From: Lama guanicoe
Lineage: Eukaryota
Reading direction: 5' to 3'
NCBI GenBank assembly: GCA_013239625.1
Contig: MU057069.1
Location: 678,018-742,017, forward strand
DNA length: 64,000 bases
Position numbers and translations under genes: made by a program. A model generated the notes under the pieces. The model searched no databases, was not told the origin of the DNA, and saw only the letters and a list, made by a program, of their open reading frames with translations. Numbering within the stretch: the first letter of the stretch is position 1; the number at the start of each line of letters is the position of its first letter. Shown in pieces: positions 50,101 through 59,321 of the stretch.

Positions 50101-51634
50101 TAATTTTATTTTTAATTTTAATTTTTTGATGGAGGTGCTGGGGATAGAACCCAGGACTTCGTGCATGCTAGGCATGTGCTCTACCACTGAGCTATACACC
50201 TACTCCCCCCACCTCCCCCGGCCAACTTCCTAGCCAGCTTTTTACTCTGAGAACTGTCTCTACCAGAGCTTGGTTTAATTTTGAATTATTCACTGAGCTG
50301 ATTCATACCAAAGCTCAGTTCGCTTTGGCAGATTCCATCCTCTTTTCTCTGTAAGGGTGCTAATTTTTGTCTATATTTATCCTCACTGGCTCAGTCAAAC
50401 CTAAAATAGCAAAGGGCAAGATAAAGGTGTATAAAGCAATGCAAGGTAGTTATTTTTGTGATGCCGCATCATGTTGGTGGTAAATGTTTGACGGTGTGGC
50501 CGTGTTCGTTAGAAACCGTGGAAAGCAGATGCTTCAGAGGAAGGCTTTCCATCTGAGTCGTGCGTTCAGGTTTTGTCACCACGTGCTTTTCCTTTCTGGG
50601 ACATACAGACATGTTCTGCTGGGCTTCGCTCTTGCCCTTGCTGGGCTTTCTCTCTGTCTGGCCGGGGTGTCCGTCCTGCCTGTCTGCGGGGATCAGCAGT
50701 GTGTTGGAATGTAGGGGCCCTGGACCAGCAGACCTAGTTCAGGCCACTTCTAGTCAGTGCGTGTGACCTTTCGCAAGTTGCTTCTCTGCAGCCCTTCATT
50801 TCCTTATCAGTTGATCAGGGAAACTGAACAAGAAAATCTCATTTTGTAATTCTCATTCTGTGACTGCAGAAGTGTGAGAAGTCCTGCGTCCACAAAGGAA
50901 CGCCCAGCCCCTCCTCAGCCCGCTCTGGTGCCTCTCTGCTGGGAGCCCATGCCCCGCGTTTGCCTGTGGAGTGGGCCTGGGTGGCTTGCGCCGGGCCCTC
51001 GCAGCACTGCTGAGTTATCCCGTGTGCGGACGCCCCGTCACAGACAGCAGAGGCCGCGTCTTCTGTGATGTGTGCCTCCCTCCCAGTGCAGTGGAGGGAC
51101 GCTTGGCCCCAGGAGGCACGATGATCAGAGCTCCCCTCTTTCCTTCTGGAGGCTTTGGCACGTCCCACGCTGTGGCTCTGTTGTCATTTGTAGGTGGTCA
51201 CTTAGGCTGTTTCAAGTTGCTCCCTGTTACAAACAGTACTTTAATGAATGAATGTGTGTGTGCAGCTCTGCTCTTACTTACGGATACATGAGATCTAACT
51301 CCTAGGAGCAGAATTTTGTGTCAGAAAGTAGGTGTTTGGTTCTGATATTTATTACCAAAACAGAAAGATAAAAGCGGGTCTGGGTGCCAGTCCTTGTGTG
51401 ACGGTGGGGGTAGGGTGGCAGTGTGCTTGACCTCTAGGCGTCTGTTCACTGCCGTGTGAATGACGAGAGCTATAGGGCTTTACCTCCCGTGACTGTCGTC
51501 AGGTCCTGGCTATCATGAGCACAGTATACAGGTGGCATTCACTAAGTGTTGGTTCCCTTCTTCCTTAATCTGTGGTGATGTGTCGCTGGTTATAGAAATG
51601 GCCCTTACCTTTTTCTTTCTTTTTTCAGCTATGA
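8067..51634 (+). CDS. AKAP10: A-kinase anchoring protein 10 (D-AKAP2), complete 15-exon CDS, 661 aa; two RGS-like domains and a C-terminal PKA-binding helix
   Basis: Exons of 88+48+183+555+99+85+124+137+145+174+110+83+53+96+6 = 1986 nt join in frame with GT-AG introns. The translation runs [29 protein letters not shown]...[33 protein letters not shown] and matches AKAP10 as I recall it. Confidence 0.98.
9200..12180. mobile_element. Cluster of L2 fragments in both orientations, with an MLT1-like LTR at ~11300-11760
   Basis: L2 3'-end motifs (tgccaggcactgtgctaggc; gtaaatatttgttgaataagtgaa; cccaaattcacatctccagc); MLT1-like gctaccataacaaaa...aatggctcaaa. Confidence 0.6.
12320..13950 (+). mobile_element. 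Degraded old L1 fragments
   Basis: A-rich ORF2 endonuclease/RT-like remnants (aaatgtaaatagactaaa; ggaaaagatataccaggcaaat). Confidence 0.6.
14075..14246 (+). mobile_element. MER58-like hAT-Charlie MITE
   Basis: TIRs CAGGGG...CCCCTG; internal ttctgtaaaaggccagatagt. Confidence 0.75.
14685..14880 (+). repeat. Direct repeat copy 1 (~200 bp; partner at 16730-16929)
   Basis: Colinear shared blocks: catgttcagttttgggatgtg, gtgcttttgaga, taactctagag, ggagtttttaaccaaag, agagtgactttctagagtctagc, ggttgaaatcct. Confidence 0.9.
15235..15282 (+). CDS. AKAP10: AKAP10 exon 2
   Basis: cttccag|TGAAAGGC...GTTAAAG|gtgagt; (V)[15 protein letters not shown]. Confidence 0.96.
16730..16929 (+). repeat. Direct repeat copy 2 (L2/MIR-derived junction)
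   Basis: Matches copy 1; continues into a MIR to ~17090. Confidence 0.9.
19488..19670 (+). CDS. AKAP10: AKAP10 exon 3
   Basis: attatag|CTTCAATC...GACCTGG|gtaagt; (A)[37 protein letters not shown]...HFGDL. Confidence 0.96.
20670..21400 (+). mobile_element. L1MC-like 3' end
   Basis: ggtgggaatgtaaaaatggcacagccac...gtgaatccac...ctcaaaattaaaagtttaatttaaaaaaa. Confidence 0.75.
22249..22803 (+). CDS. AKAP10: AKAP10 exon 4 (start of RGS domain 1)
   Basis: ttttag|GCAGATCT...ATGAAAA|gtaagt; lies within ORF 22206..22811 ([23 protein letters not shown]...[11 protein letters not shown]...LSGKLMK). Confidence 0.97.
22960..23975 (-). mobile_element. Old L1 ORF2 fragment, antisense
   Basis: Minus ORF 23023..23220 [11 protein letters not shown]...ILKFI...[11 protein letters not shown]. 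Confidence 0.8.
23980..25625. mobile_element. Charlie1-like hAT DNA transposon remnant split by an LTR
   Basis: Charlie-like sequence at ~23980-24480 resumes at ~25300-25625 (gactgaaaagtttgaaatcattg terminus). Confidence 0.6.
24490..25225. mobile_element. MER21-like LTR
   Basis: cacaccaagcaattctccag...ggttaagggctcagtcccaca...ggctcaaagaactcaggagaacac. Confidence 0.65.
26074..26172 (+). CDS. AKAP10: AKAP10 exon 5
   Basis: ttgcag|GTATAGAA...ATCATAG|gtaagc; [32 protein letters not shown]. Confidence 0.97.
29474..29558 (+). CDS. AKAP10: AKAP10 exon 6
   Basis: ttttgcag|CAAAGATC...GAGCAAGA|gtaagt; (A)[27 protein letters not shown]. Confidence 0.97.
30355..30478 (+). CDS. AKAP10: AKAP10 exon 7
   Basis: gtgtag|GCACTTT...TCTGAG|gtaaag; [41 protein letters not shown]. 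Confidence 0.97.
31154..34293 (+). mobile_element. Young 5'-truncated LINE-1 (ORF2 RT and C-terminus, 3'UTR), sense to AKAP10, in intron 7
   Basis: ORF 31941..32876 is L1 RT ([33 protein letters not shown]); AATAAA at 34274 plus A-tail; 15-bp TSD AAAAGATTTGGTCCG (31139-31153) / AAAAGATTTGATCTG (34294-34308). Confidence 0.95.
34697..34833 (+). CDS. AKAP10: AKAP10 exon 8 (RGS domain 2)
   Basis: tcccag|TACATGG...TACGACAA|gtgagt; [45 protein letters not shown]. Confidence 0.97.
36285..36429 (+). CDS. AKAP10: AKAP10 exon 9
   Basis: ccatag|GTACTTC...GAGAAG|gtaacc; [48 protein letters not shown]. Confidence 0.97.
38127..38300 (+). CDS. AKAP10: AKAP10 exon 10
   Basis: tttcag|GTCTTT...TCTCAG|gtaccc; [58 protein letters not shown]. 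Confidence 0.96.
39040..40080 (-). mobile_element. Old L1 ORF2 fragment, antisense, unusually CpG-rich
   Basis: Minus ORF 39236..39493 retains [19 protein letters not shown]; also ttccatgtgaattttaggatcagc. Confidence 0.75.
40857..40966 (+). CDS. AKAP10: AKAP10 exon 11
   Basis: ttgtag|TCCAGTG...GCAGG|gtgagc; [36 protein letters not shown]. Confidence 0.97.
41461..41795 (+). mobile_element. MER2-like TcMar-Tigger MITE
   Basis: CAGTCATCCCTCAGT...GGAGAGCCAGCTG termini followed by TA; ggggattggttccaggacccc core. Confidence 0.8.
43767..43849 (+). CDS. AKAP10: AKAP10 exon 12
   Basis: acctag|GAAGATG...TCAAAAG|gtttgt; [27 protein letters not shown]. Confidence 0.96.
48350..48402 (+). CDS. AKAP10: AKAP10 exon 13
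   Basis: ttctag|GATCCATG...GATGAG|gtaaat; (G)[17 protein letters not shown]. Confidence 0.97.
49014..49109 (+). CDS. AKAP10: AKAP10 exon 14 (PKA R-subunit-binding amphipathic helix)
   Basis: ttccag|GCCCAG...GCAGGG|gtaagg; [32 protein letters not shown]. Confidence 0.96.
50042..50205 (-). mobile_element. tRNA-Ala-derived SINE (Vic-1-like)
   Basis: Reverse strand reads gtatagctcagtggtagagcacatgcctagcatgcacgaagtcctgggttctatccccagcacctcc, followed by an A-rich tail containing aaacctaattacc. Confidence 0.85.
51629..51634 (+). CDS. AKAP10: AKAP10 exon 15 coding part (final Leu + stop)
   Basis: Long pyrimidine tract ...tttttcag|CTA TGA, followed by sequence resembling the AKAP10 3'UTR as I recall it. 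Confidence 0.92.
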   Translation, partial: L

Positions 51635-53370
51635 CTCAAGACCTGAGATAAAGGAAATCAGCTTTTGGAGGATAAGAGAACTTTTTCCCTTTGTTGGTTT
51701 CTTCAACACAGCCGATGAAAACAGAGCACTGTATTTCTTTTCACTGATAAAAATCACTGTTGTTCCCGAGAAAGAATGGCAGACAGTCCCAGACCTCCAC
51801 CTCAAGCAGAGCGGCACGTAGACACACCTGCTGCACACAGTGTTCACACAGTGAAAGTCAGAAGCAGACAAAGTAGTATTGTTTACATTACTAGAAAATT
51901 ACTAGTTTTCCAATGGCAATAACCCATTTATGGAAGAGTTCCAGTCTGGAACCAACAGGGACCATGTGCTGTGCGAGGCAGAGGAGCACAGAGCTGAGAC
52001 CCGGTGCACGTCTGGTAACCCGTCCCTAACAGCAGCGTGAAGCAGGTAGCAGAGGTGCTTGGCCCAAGCAGGCGGGGGAGCTGGCCCCTCCGGGGGCCCG
52101 CGGTGCCGGGCGCCGGCCAGCAGCCTGCCTTCCTTCCGGTCGCGCGGGGCGAAGGCTCGTCCTGCGTCTCCCTGCACGGAGGCGGCAGTGTGGGAGGGGG
52201 CTGACGGGTCACGGGGCAAGTCTTGGTGACACTGGCCTTCTCTTTGGCGGCGGTGTATGGTTTTCATGTCGTAATAGCTCCTGAGATGCAGTGTGCTTAA
52301 AACCAGCCCCCCTGCCGCCAAAGGGCTGAGCGTCCTGAGCTCTGAGCTCTAGGGCTTGCTCCCCTGGGGTCCTGTCCTCCAAGCTCCTCCCCTTTCCCCA
52401 GTGCACGGGGAGGGACCATCCGGCAAGGATCACTCCACTCTTCCCCTTTGGTACCTTGAACAGAACGTTTATTCCCAGATGGTACAATCTTTTCAAAGAA
52501 GATGGGTGGGCAAGGGTTGAGGGAGGAGAGGCACTCGACTTTGACTGCCTCCCCTTTCTTTGCTGTGTGCCGTGACGTGTGTAGTTCGTGGCCTTTTCTC
52601 TGTCTGTCTGTTGGGCAGTGAGAGACCCCCTCACTGCACTCCCACTTGGCCGGCTTCTGGGTCTCGACCTGCTGCCACCAGCAGGGCCGCCCCGATGGCG
52701 AGCACACTCCACTGGCCGGCGGTGCCAATGCTGCCCCACCGCCCGTGACTGTCAGAGGGGAAGGAACGTTCTCTTAGGGTGTTACTGCTTTTGCTCAGAC
52801 TTTGCAAAAAATATATATATACATATAAATATATAATTATTAATCATCTCTGTCCTTGAGAAAGTCTTGAATGAATAGAGAATTTATTCCACTGCAATAT
52901 TTGATTGTATAGAGGCACACTGTTTCATCAACAGAAGAAGCGAAAAGGCTGTGTCTAAGTGTTTGGTACCATGTACCACCTGTTATTCTTCTAAAGCGAA
53001 GTATTCATGTACCTAAACCACCTTCTATTTAATTGTGTTTGATTTTAAAATATATATATGAATTATATTTAAAATTGTGTCAACTTTCTGCTTTCAGGGC
53101 ATTTATGGTTCTTCTATTGAAATGTGTTGATCCCTCCAGATACTTCCATTTGCTTTACCAAAACCCAGAATGTGAGCGGCTCCTGGACTTAGCCTTGTGT
53201 TTGGAGTGAATGGCATTAGACCTGAGGTGTTATTAGATGCATAGTCTGTGATTGACTCAAGTCTGTTCTTTTAACAAGTACTTCCATCCATTTCAGTTTG
53301 CATCAATCTCTAAATAACAGAAAAGCAATATAAAGGTCACGGAATAAACTGATTTTGGGCGACTCTTACT
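51635..53370 (+). other. AKAP10: AKAP10 3'UTR (3' end approximate)
   Basis: Follows the stop codon; AU-rich blocks at ~51640-51930 and ~52790-53350; AATAAA at 53343. Confidence 0.65.
53343..53348 (+). terminator. Candidate polyadenylation signal of AKAP10
   Basis: AATAAA at the end of the AU-rich UTR block, with GU/U-rich sequence downstream. Confidence 0.55.
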
Positions 53371-56300
53371 GCCTCTGCATGTTTGGGAGTAAATTTCTGT
53401 ACAACTCGAGGCTGCATAAACTAGTGCTTTCAGTTAAGATGCTATCTGGTCATTTCTCTGTGTACGTTGTGTGCTTCTGAGCTAGAGATGTCAGTGGTTC
53501 TAAGGTTCTTATAAAGAGAAGAACAGCACGTATGAGACTCGGTGACTTTCTTCTGCCCCACCTGCTGTAGGACACAAAGCAAAACGTGGCCTGAAGCAGT
53601 GAGGCCGACCGGACGTGCGCTCTGGCTCAGCCCTCGCTCTCACTGGCGTTGCGGGGCTGGCTGCATCTGGCGGTGCTGCAGGCTCTGTGCAGGTGCGCAC
53701 AAAGGAGGAGTCTCGGGCAGGGTTTTCATAGGTTCCAGAAAACACGTGAAGCCCCGTCTTTACTGTGGTGTTGACATCAATGCAAATTGTTTAAAAAGAG
53801 AAGGTTTTAGTGGAAAGGGGTACCTTTTGTGACTGGGTATGTCTTCAGCCCTCCTGTGAGATTTGATGAAAGTTGAAAACCAGTCTCAGCAGGTCCAGCA
53901 GAGAGCAGCCAACTGGAGAGCGCCTTCCGCAGCCCCGCCTGCGCCCGGGCTCTGGGCTAGTCTTGGAGCTTCAGCCACTTCGGTCAGAACTCGGAGGGGA
54001 GCATCACTCCGAACAGGACACAGCAGACCTCGGTCCTGTGTGTTTAAGTGCTGCTGGCTAGGCCCCTCTGAAGCGCTGAGCGCTCTGCTGGCACTGCTGT
54101 GGGGCCGCGTGTGTACAGGAGGACCTTCCCCTCCCTCCCCGCCACCCACAGCAGCTGGACAGGGTTGAACTGATCCAAACAGGCCCAAGAGAATTCTTTA
54201 TCCTAAGAATTGTGCAAGGGGAAGGAGAAACACCAGTCCCCTCCTGGGGCTGCAGCTCGCCCGGGCCCCTACGGAGGACAGGCGGGCGTCTGTGGAGCTG
54301 GAGACCAGAGACGGGAGAGCCAGTGGGCGTGGGAGCCGCCGCTGGGGAGGACACGCAGGTCCCTGGGTCCAGTCCTGAATCCTTGCCCTGGACGCCAGTC
54401 ACCCTTCAGGTGTCCTCAGAGTGCATTTTGCCTTTTTAAAAGTCAGTCTGAAGTGCGTTTTTATTATGTGTAACCAAAGGACCTTGACTAAAACTCGACC
54501 AGACTGCTCTGATCACTAAGGGTGTGCCTGCGCAGCATGTTTGCAAAGCACTGCAGAATTCTGGAGAACTTGTCTTTAGTAAGCCTTCCTTGGTCATTTT
54601 GTGTATGCTCTCGGCGCTAAAAGACACCCTCCCTTTTACAGGGAGGAGTCCCTCAGGCCGGGAGAAGGGCAGGGCTTTGGCCTGTTGTGGGGCGTCGCCT
54701 CCTGGACCAGGCCTTTGTCCTCTTCCCAGCAGCCCTTTGAAGGGTGAACACCATTCCCACTTAGCACCTAGAACCCAGGAGTTTCTACTAGTGAGGAGCC
54801 AGTGAAAGCTCCAGACGAGGGGGTCGTGGTGGTCACGGGGTTTGTAAGTGCTGACCGCCTCTGTCCTGGGCCAGGGGCCTGGCCTCTGGCTGAGCCGTCA
54901 GTGGCAGTGGATTCCAGCAGGACGTCAGGTTACAAGTTAGGAGACCCTCAGGAACAGCGACCGTGCGGGGCCCCCTGCAGACGAGCCCCGTGGGCCCTGA
55001 GGGGCCTCAGCTTGGGCAGGGGTGGGTGGGGGTGACCTGCAGGGGCATTGCCGGGACCCTGCGAGCCATCGCCTGGAGGGTGTTCACATCCCATCCGCTG
55101 CCTGTCACGTGGGGTCTTGTGACAGGTGTGCCCTCCTCGGCCCCCTTCGGACCTTCTGCTCCAGCCCTGGCCCCTGGAGTCCCGACCCTGCTCAGAGCGC
55201 TAGTGCGCCGCCTGGACACGGCTGAGCATCTCCAGGGCCACGTCTCAGTCACCCCAGAGGAACACTGGGAGCCCAGGCGGGGGCCCCAAGACGGGCTTTG
55301 GTTCAGCTGAGGGGAGCTGGAGTTCGCCCAGGAGCCGGTGAGGATTGTGACGGTGGCACTTCCTCGGATGCCCGAGCCCCTCTTTGACTGTGTCTTCAGG
55401 CTCAGCCCCAAGTGATCTCAAACAGGCCTCAGCTTCCATCCCGTCAGGACCCCATGGTCCCTGCACCCTGGGAGAGGCTCGGGCTGGCCCTCCAGCCCCC
55501 ATGCTCACCAGACCCAGCAGTTCCTCCCAGCAAAGAGCCCTTGTTCCTTCTAGTGACAGGACTGCTGGGTGAGCCATGTGCCCCCAACATGCCTACGGCA
55601 TGTCAATGGTGCAGGGACACAGGAAGGGGTGGGACACTCCTGGCCCCAGAGCTTGCTTTGTACTGAGGGGACAGAAGCTGGAAGTTCCTCCAAAGTGGGC
55701 GCTGCTGTTTCAGATTCAGGATGGCCTTTTGAACCTGACTTAACACCCCTTCCTCCCAAGGTCCTGCCAAAAGTCTCCAGGCTGCTGTGACCTCTCGTGC
55801 CACGCTCCCCTGAGCCCAGCTCCCCCGCCCCCCAGGACTGGTTGCGGCACGGCCCCATTCCTTCCTGATGGGGGACACACTCAGGTGTGGAGCACCTGCT
55901 GACAGCGGGGTTGGGCGCCTGAGGCTGCCCAGGCCATCTCAGCCCTGGGGCACCCTGGGAGCTGGAAATGAGACCAGGGAAGGGTTAATTCTGTGCGTGT
56001 GATAGAAAAGTCCTGACAAATACTGTGTTGAGCTGATGCCATGTGGTGACAGCCCCTCCCTCGTCTTTAACAGGAATCACGTTCAGCACTTGTATGTGCC
56101 GGTCGTGCGGTCTTGTGAGGGCGAGCCTCCCCCATGGACGAGGAGGCTGGCGGTTCGGAGGTGAAGGAGTTCTCCGGCTCCCTCATGCCGGGAATCTCCC
56201 ACGCTGCTCGGCTGCTCCGCACGTCCTGTGGGCCCGCCTCTCGTTCTGCTGCAGCTTAGGCCTCACTACAGGCTAGGAGAGCAGATGTTCAGGGTCTAAC

Positions 56301-56480
56301 AAAAAGGTAGGGGGCTGTGCCTGTGAAATTAAAAGCATTCCATCCATTACCTTAAACCTTCACGTGCATCTGGGTCCCCGGAGAACGGGTTAAGACCACC
56401 CCTCCCCCACCGAGTCACTGAGTTGGGAGATCTGGGGTGGGGCCTGACCTGAGAATTTGCATGGTAGCCAGTTCCCAGCC

Positions 56481-56506
56481 CTGCTGCTGCTGCTGCTGCT
56501 ACTGCT
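56481..56506 (+). repeat. Short interrupted (CTG)n at the end of a MER5-like fragment
   Basis: ctgctgctgctgctgctgctactgct. Confidence 0.7.
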
Positions 56507-57429
56507 CGGCCTTAAAACCTTCCCCGTAACTGGGAAAGGAATGTCTTCACTCCCTTTTATTGGAAGTGTCTGTGCTACAAGGCAGTGCAATTTGAGACCT
56601 TCAAGTACAGAAATCCTGTATCAGTATTTGGATGTTTGTCAAGGCCAAGAGTCCCCAGACACCAGTCCACCGTCTGTGTCAGTACCTATGTAGGTCTGGG
56701 GCCATCAAGGTGGGCGTCTCCCCCTGGGGTAAGGTCAGACCAGTCCCGGCTTCCCGGTCTTAGCTCCCCGGCCCCCAGTGCCTTAGCTGGGGACAGTGCA
56801 CCTGACATGTTCCTCCAAGGCTGAGGCTGGGCTGTTGGGGTCACACCTGAGGTCCCAGTGGAACCTTTGGCACAAACCCAGCCTGGCCCATTTCCTTCCA
56901 GTTTGTCCCCCAGGTCCTCACTGCGGCCCTCTGAGGCCCTGGCCAGGCCATCCTGCCTGCCTCCTCGCCGTGCTTTTCCAGGTCCCTCCCCTGGGGCACT
57001 GGCACTTCGTTTTCCTGTCCTTCCTTCATATCCTCCCTCCCCACCATTTCTCCCTTCAGCCCACACTTCCAGGGGTGCCTGTCCTCAGTGCTGGGATACG
57101 AAGTCCCCGGGCACGCTGCCCGCCCCCTTGCAGTCTCAGAACCAAATCAGGATGCATTCCTAGGGTGAGTGTTACCTGTTGGGGGCTCTCTGGGCAGTTT
57201 GCAGACCCCTGAGCATCCCAGACTTTCCCCAGAACATGTCCACTGGGTGTGTCTTTTCCCTAAGATACCATTTCTTCACAGTCCCAACACAAGCTGGCCA
57301 CGCCGTCCCCTCCCCCAGCTGGGCCAGGACTTCACATTGGCCTTGTCTGTGACTGCCCACCCCTGGCCAGTGCTGCTTCCACAACCGGGGGACTGTCCTC
57401 TCACCTGCGTCACAGCAAAGCCATCCCAC

Positions 57430-57990
57430 TGACCCCGGGTAGTGATGAAGGAAAGTGCAGCATTGTTTGCAGGGTGCCAGGCAAGGAGAATGGGCAGCTC
57501 AGGCTCAGAAGACCTGAACTCCCCCAGGGCTTTCAGGGAAGGGGTTTTAAAGGCAACTTTAGGGGTGAGGGAGAGGGTCAAGGGGTGTGTGATCAGCTCC
57601 TGCACAATTCTCTGGCTGATGGTGAGATAACAGGGCAGTGTTCCAGGAATCTCAGCCATCAGCCTGTTGGTTCCAAGTGTTCTGGGTCTACTTGCTGGTG
57701 GTCGGCTTGCAGTTAACTTCTTCCATCTGGTGGCCGTTTCGGTATCTGCAAAGCAGCTCAAGGATGCGGCTCAGGACATTATCTACAGCCCTTGATGAGG
57801 AACCAATGGTCTCTAAACTATGATTATTTTGTCTTGTTGGACTGTTTTCCTTTGCTACTTCTCTGATTAAATTTGCTTTTAGTAACTTGGGGAAGGCCTT
57901 GGAGGCTAGAGTCCTTTTCTAGAAACAAGAGGCAGGGGACACAGGAGTGGGTCTGTCCCCGGGAAGCCCCCGTAGGTCCTGCCCGGCTCC
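57430..57990. mobile_element. ERV LTR-like element
   Basis: aagacctgaactcccccagggctttcagggaaggggttttaaaggc and catctgcaaa-type LTR motifs; family not resolved. Confidence 0.55.
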
Positions 57991-58771
57991 ATGACACTGG
58001 CTCCCTTTCTTCAGAGCTCTCCCAGCCCTCTCATTGCTGCCCCGGGAAGCTGCCCTATCCGTGGTGACCACCCGGCCTGAGCTCTTTGGCTTCTCTGTCC
58101 CCAAGAACTGTTTCACTCTCCAGACACCCGTCACCAGGCTTCATCATCTCCAGCAACCGCTCTGCCTCTGGTACCCCCTCCGCTGCCGTTTACAGCAGCC
58201 GCATGCGGTGCAGGCTTTGCAGGGTTATAGAGCCCTCCAGCTGGAACAGGTTGGGGGGGGGGGACTTAGGAATTACTCCGGGGGGTTCCCTTGCTGTTCC
58301 GAGAGGTGGGTTTCTCAAACCAGCTTTCAAAGAGCGATTTCAAAAGCAGCAAGTGAGGCGTCTTGTTGGAAGGCTCACAGACCTGCACATAGATGGCACT
58401 GCGGGGCAGGGGGAGGACCGTCCTTGCGGGGTGACTTGGGTCAAGCTTCCCAGGGCCGCTGTCAGCCCAGCGTCTAGGGCCGCATGCCGCACACCTTAGA
58501 CGCACGTGAGGGGGAAACGCCTTGAGAACCCGTGGCTCTAGGTACAATGAAGACACTGATGTCCCAGAGGCTTGTAGAGTGTGAATAAGGTTGTTAACTG
58601 AAATGTGAGAATGGGGGGGGAAAGCAATATTTTGTACTAACGTATTCTTGTAGACAATGTTATTTTAAATACGCATGTGTAAGTAAATTAATAAATTAGA
58701 TATTATAACTAGACATCTGACTGTTTTGTTAACTTTCCTAAAAATTTAAATACTCATATTGAAACCCTAAC

Positions 58772-58870
58772 TTTTTTAGTTTTTCTTTTTTTAAACAGAG
58801 GGACTGGGGGTTGAACCTAGGACCTCATGCGTGCTAAGCATGCACTCTACCACTGAGCTGTACCCTCCCC
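58772..58870 (-). mobile_element. tRNA-Ala-derived SINE (Vic-1-like)
   Basis: Reverse strand cagctcagtggtagagtgcatgcttagcacgcatgaggtcctaggttcaacccccag, plus T-tail on the + strand. Confidence 0.85.
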
Positions 58871-59230
58871 AGATACCTTGATTTTTTAAAATATTTTTCT
58901 TTAGGAAAATCGGGATTTGCCTTAAATGTAGGATCACTTATATCTTGAATGGACTCCCTGTGGTCTGCTGAATAAAGTCCAAATTCTTTTATTTAGCATT
59001 TAACGCCTTGGCTGACTTAGCCTCCAAGACCTCGGACCCCTGTGCTTTTAACTCCACCTCTCCACATTCTTCCTCAGTGGGCTTTGCAGGCATCCTCCCC
59101 ACACTCCGCCATAGGAAGTTCTCATCTTGAAGGCTCGCCCCTCCCCTTCCTCCAGAAATCTTCCCTGATGTCCAGTCCACCTGAGTCCCCCAAGCAGGTC
59201 CTCGCACAGTGTCCAGTTCGGCCTCATCGA

Positions 59231-59321
59231 GGGTGGGTGCAGCTCCGTGGTCGAGCGCGTGCTTCGCATGCACGACGAAGTCTTGGGTTCAATTTCCAAT
59301 ACCGCTGTTAAAAAAAAAAAA
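59231..59321 (+). mobile_element. tRNA-Ala-derived SINE (Vic-1-like)
   Basis: gcagctccgtggtcgagcgcgtgcttcgcatgcacg...tgggttcaatttcc plus A-tail. Confidence 0.8.

Noticed and set aside
50131-50200. tRNA-Ala-like sequences (also at 58.8, 59.2, 61.9 and 62.1 kb)
   Set aside because: Diverged stems, A-rich tails and multiple copies indicate SINEs, not tRNA genes.
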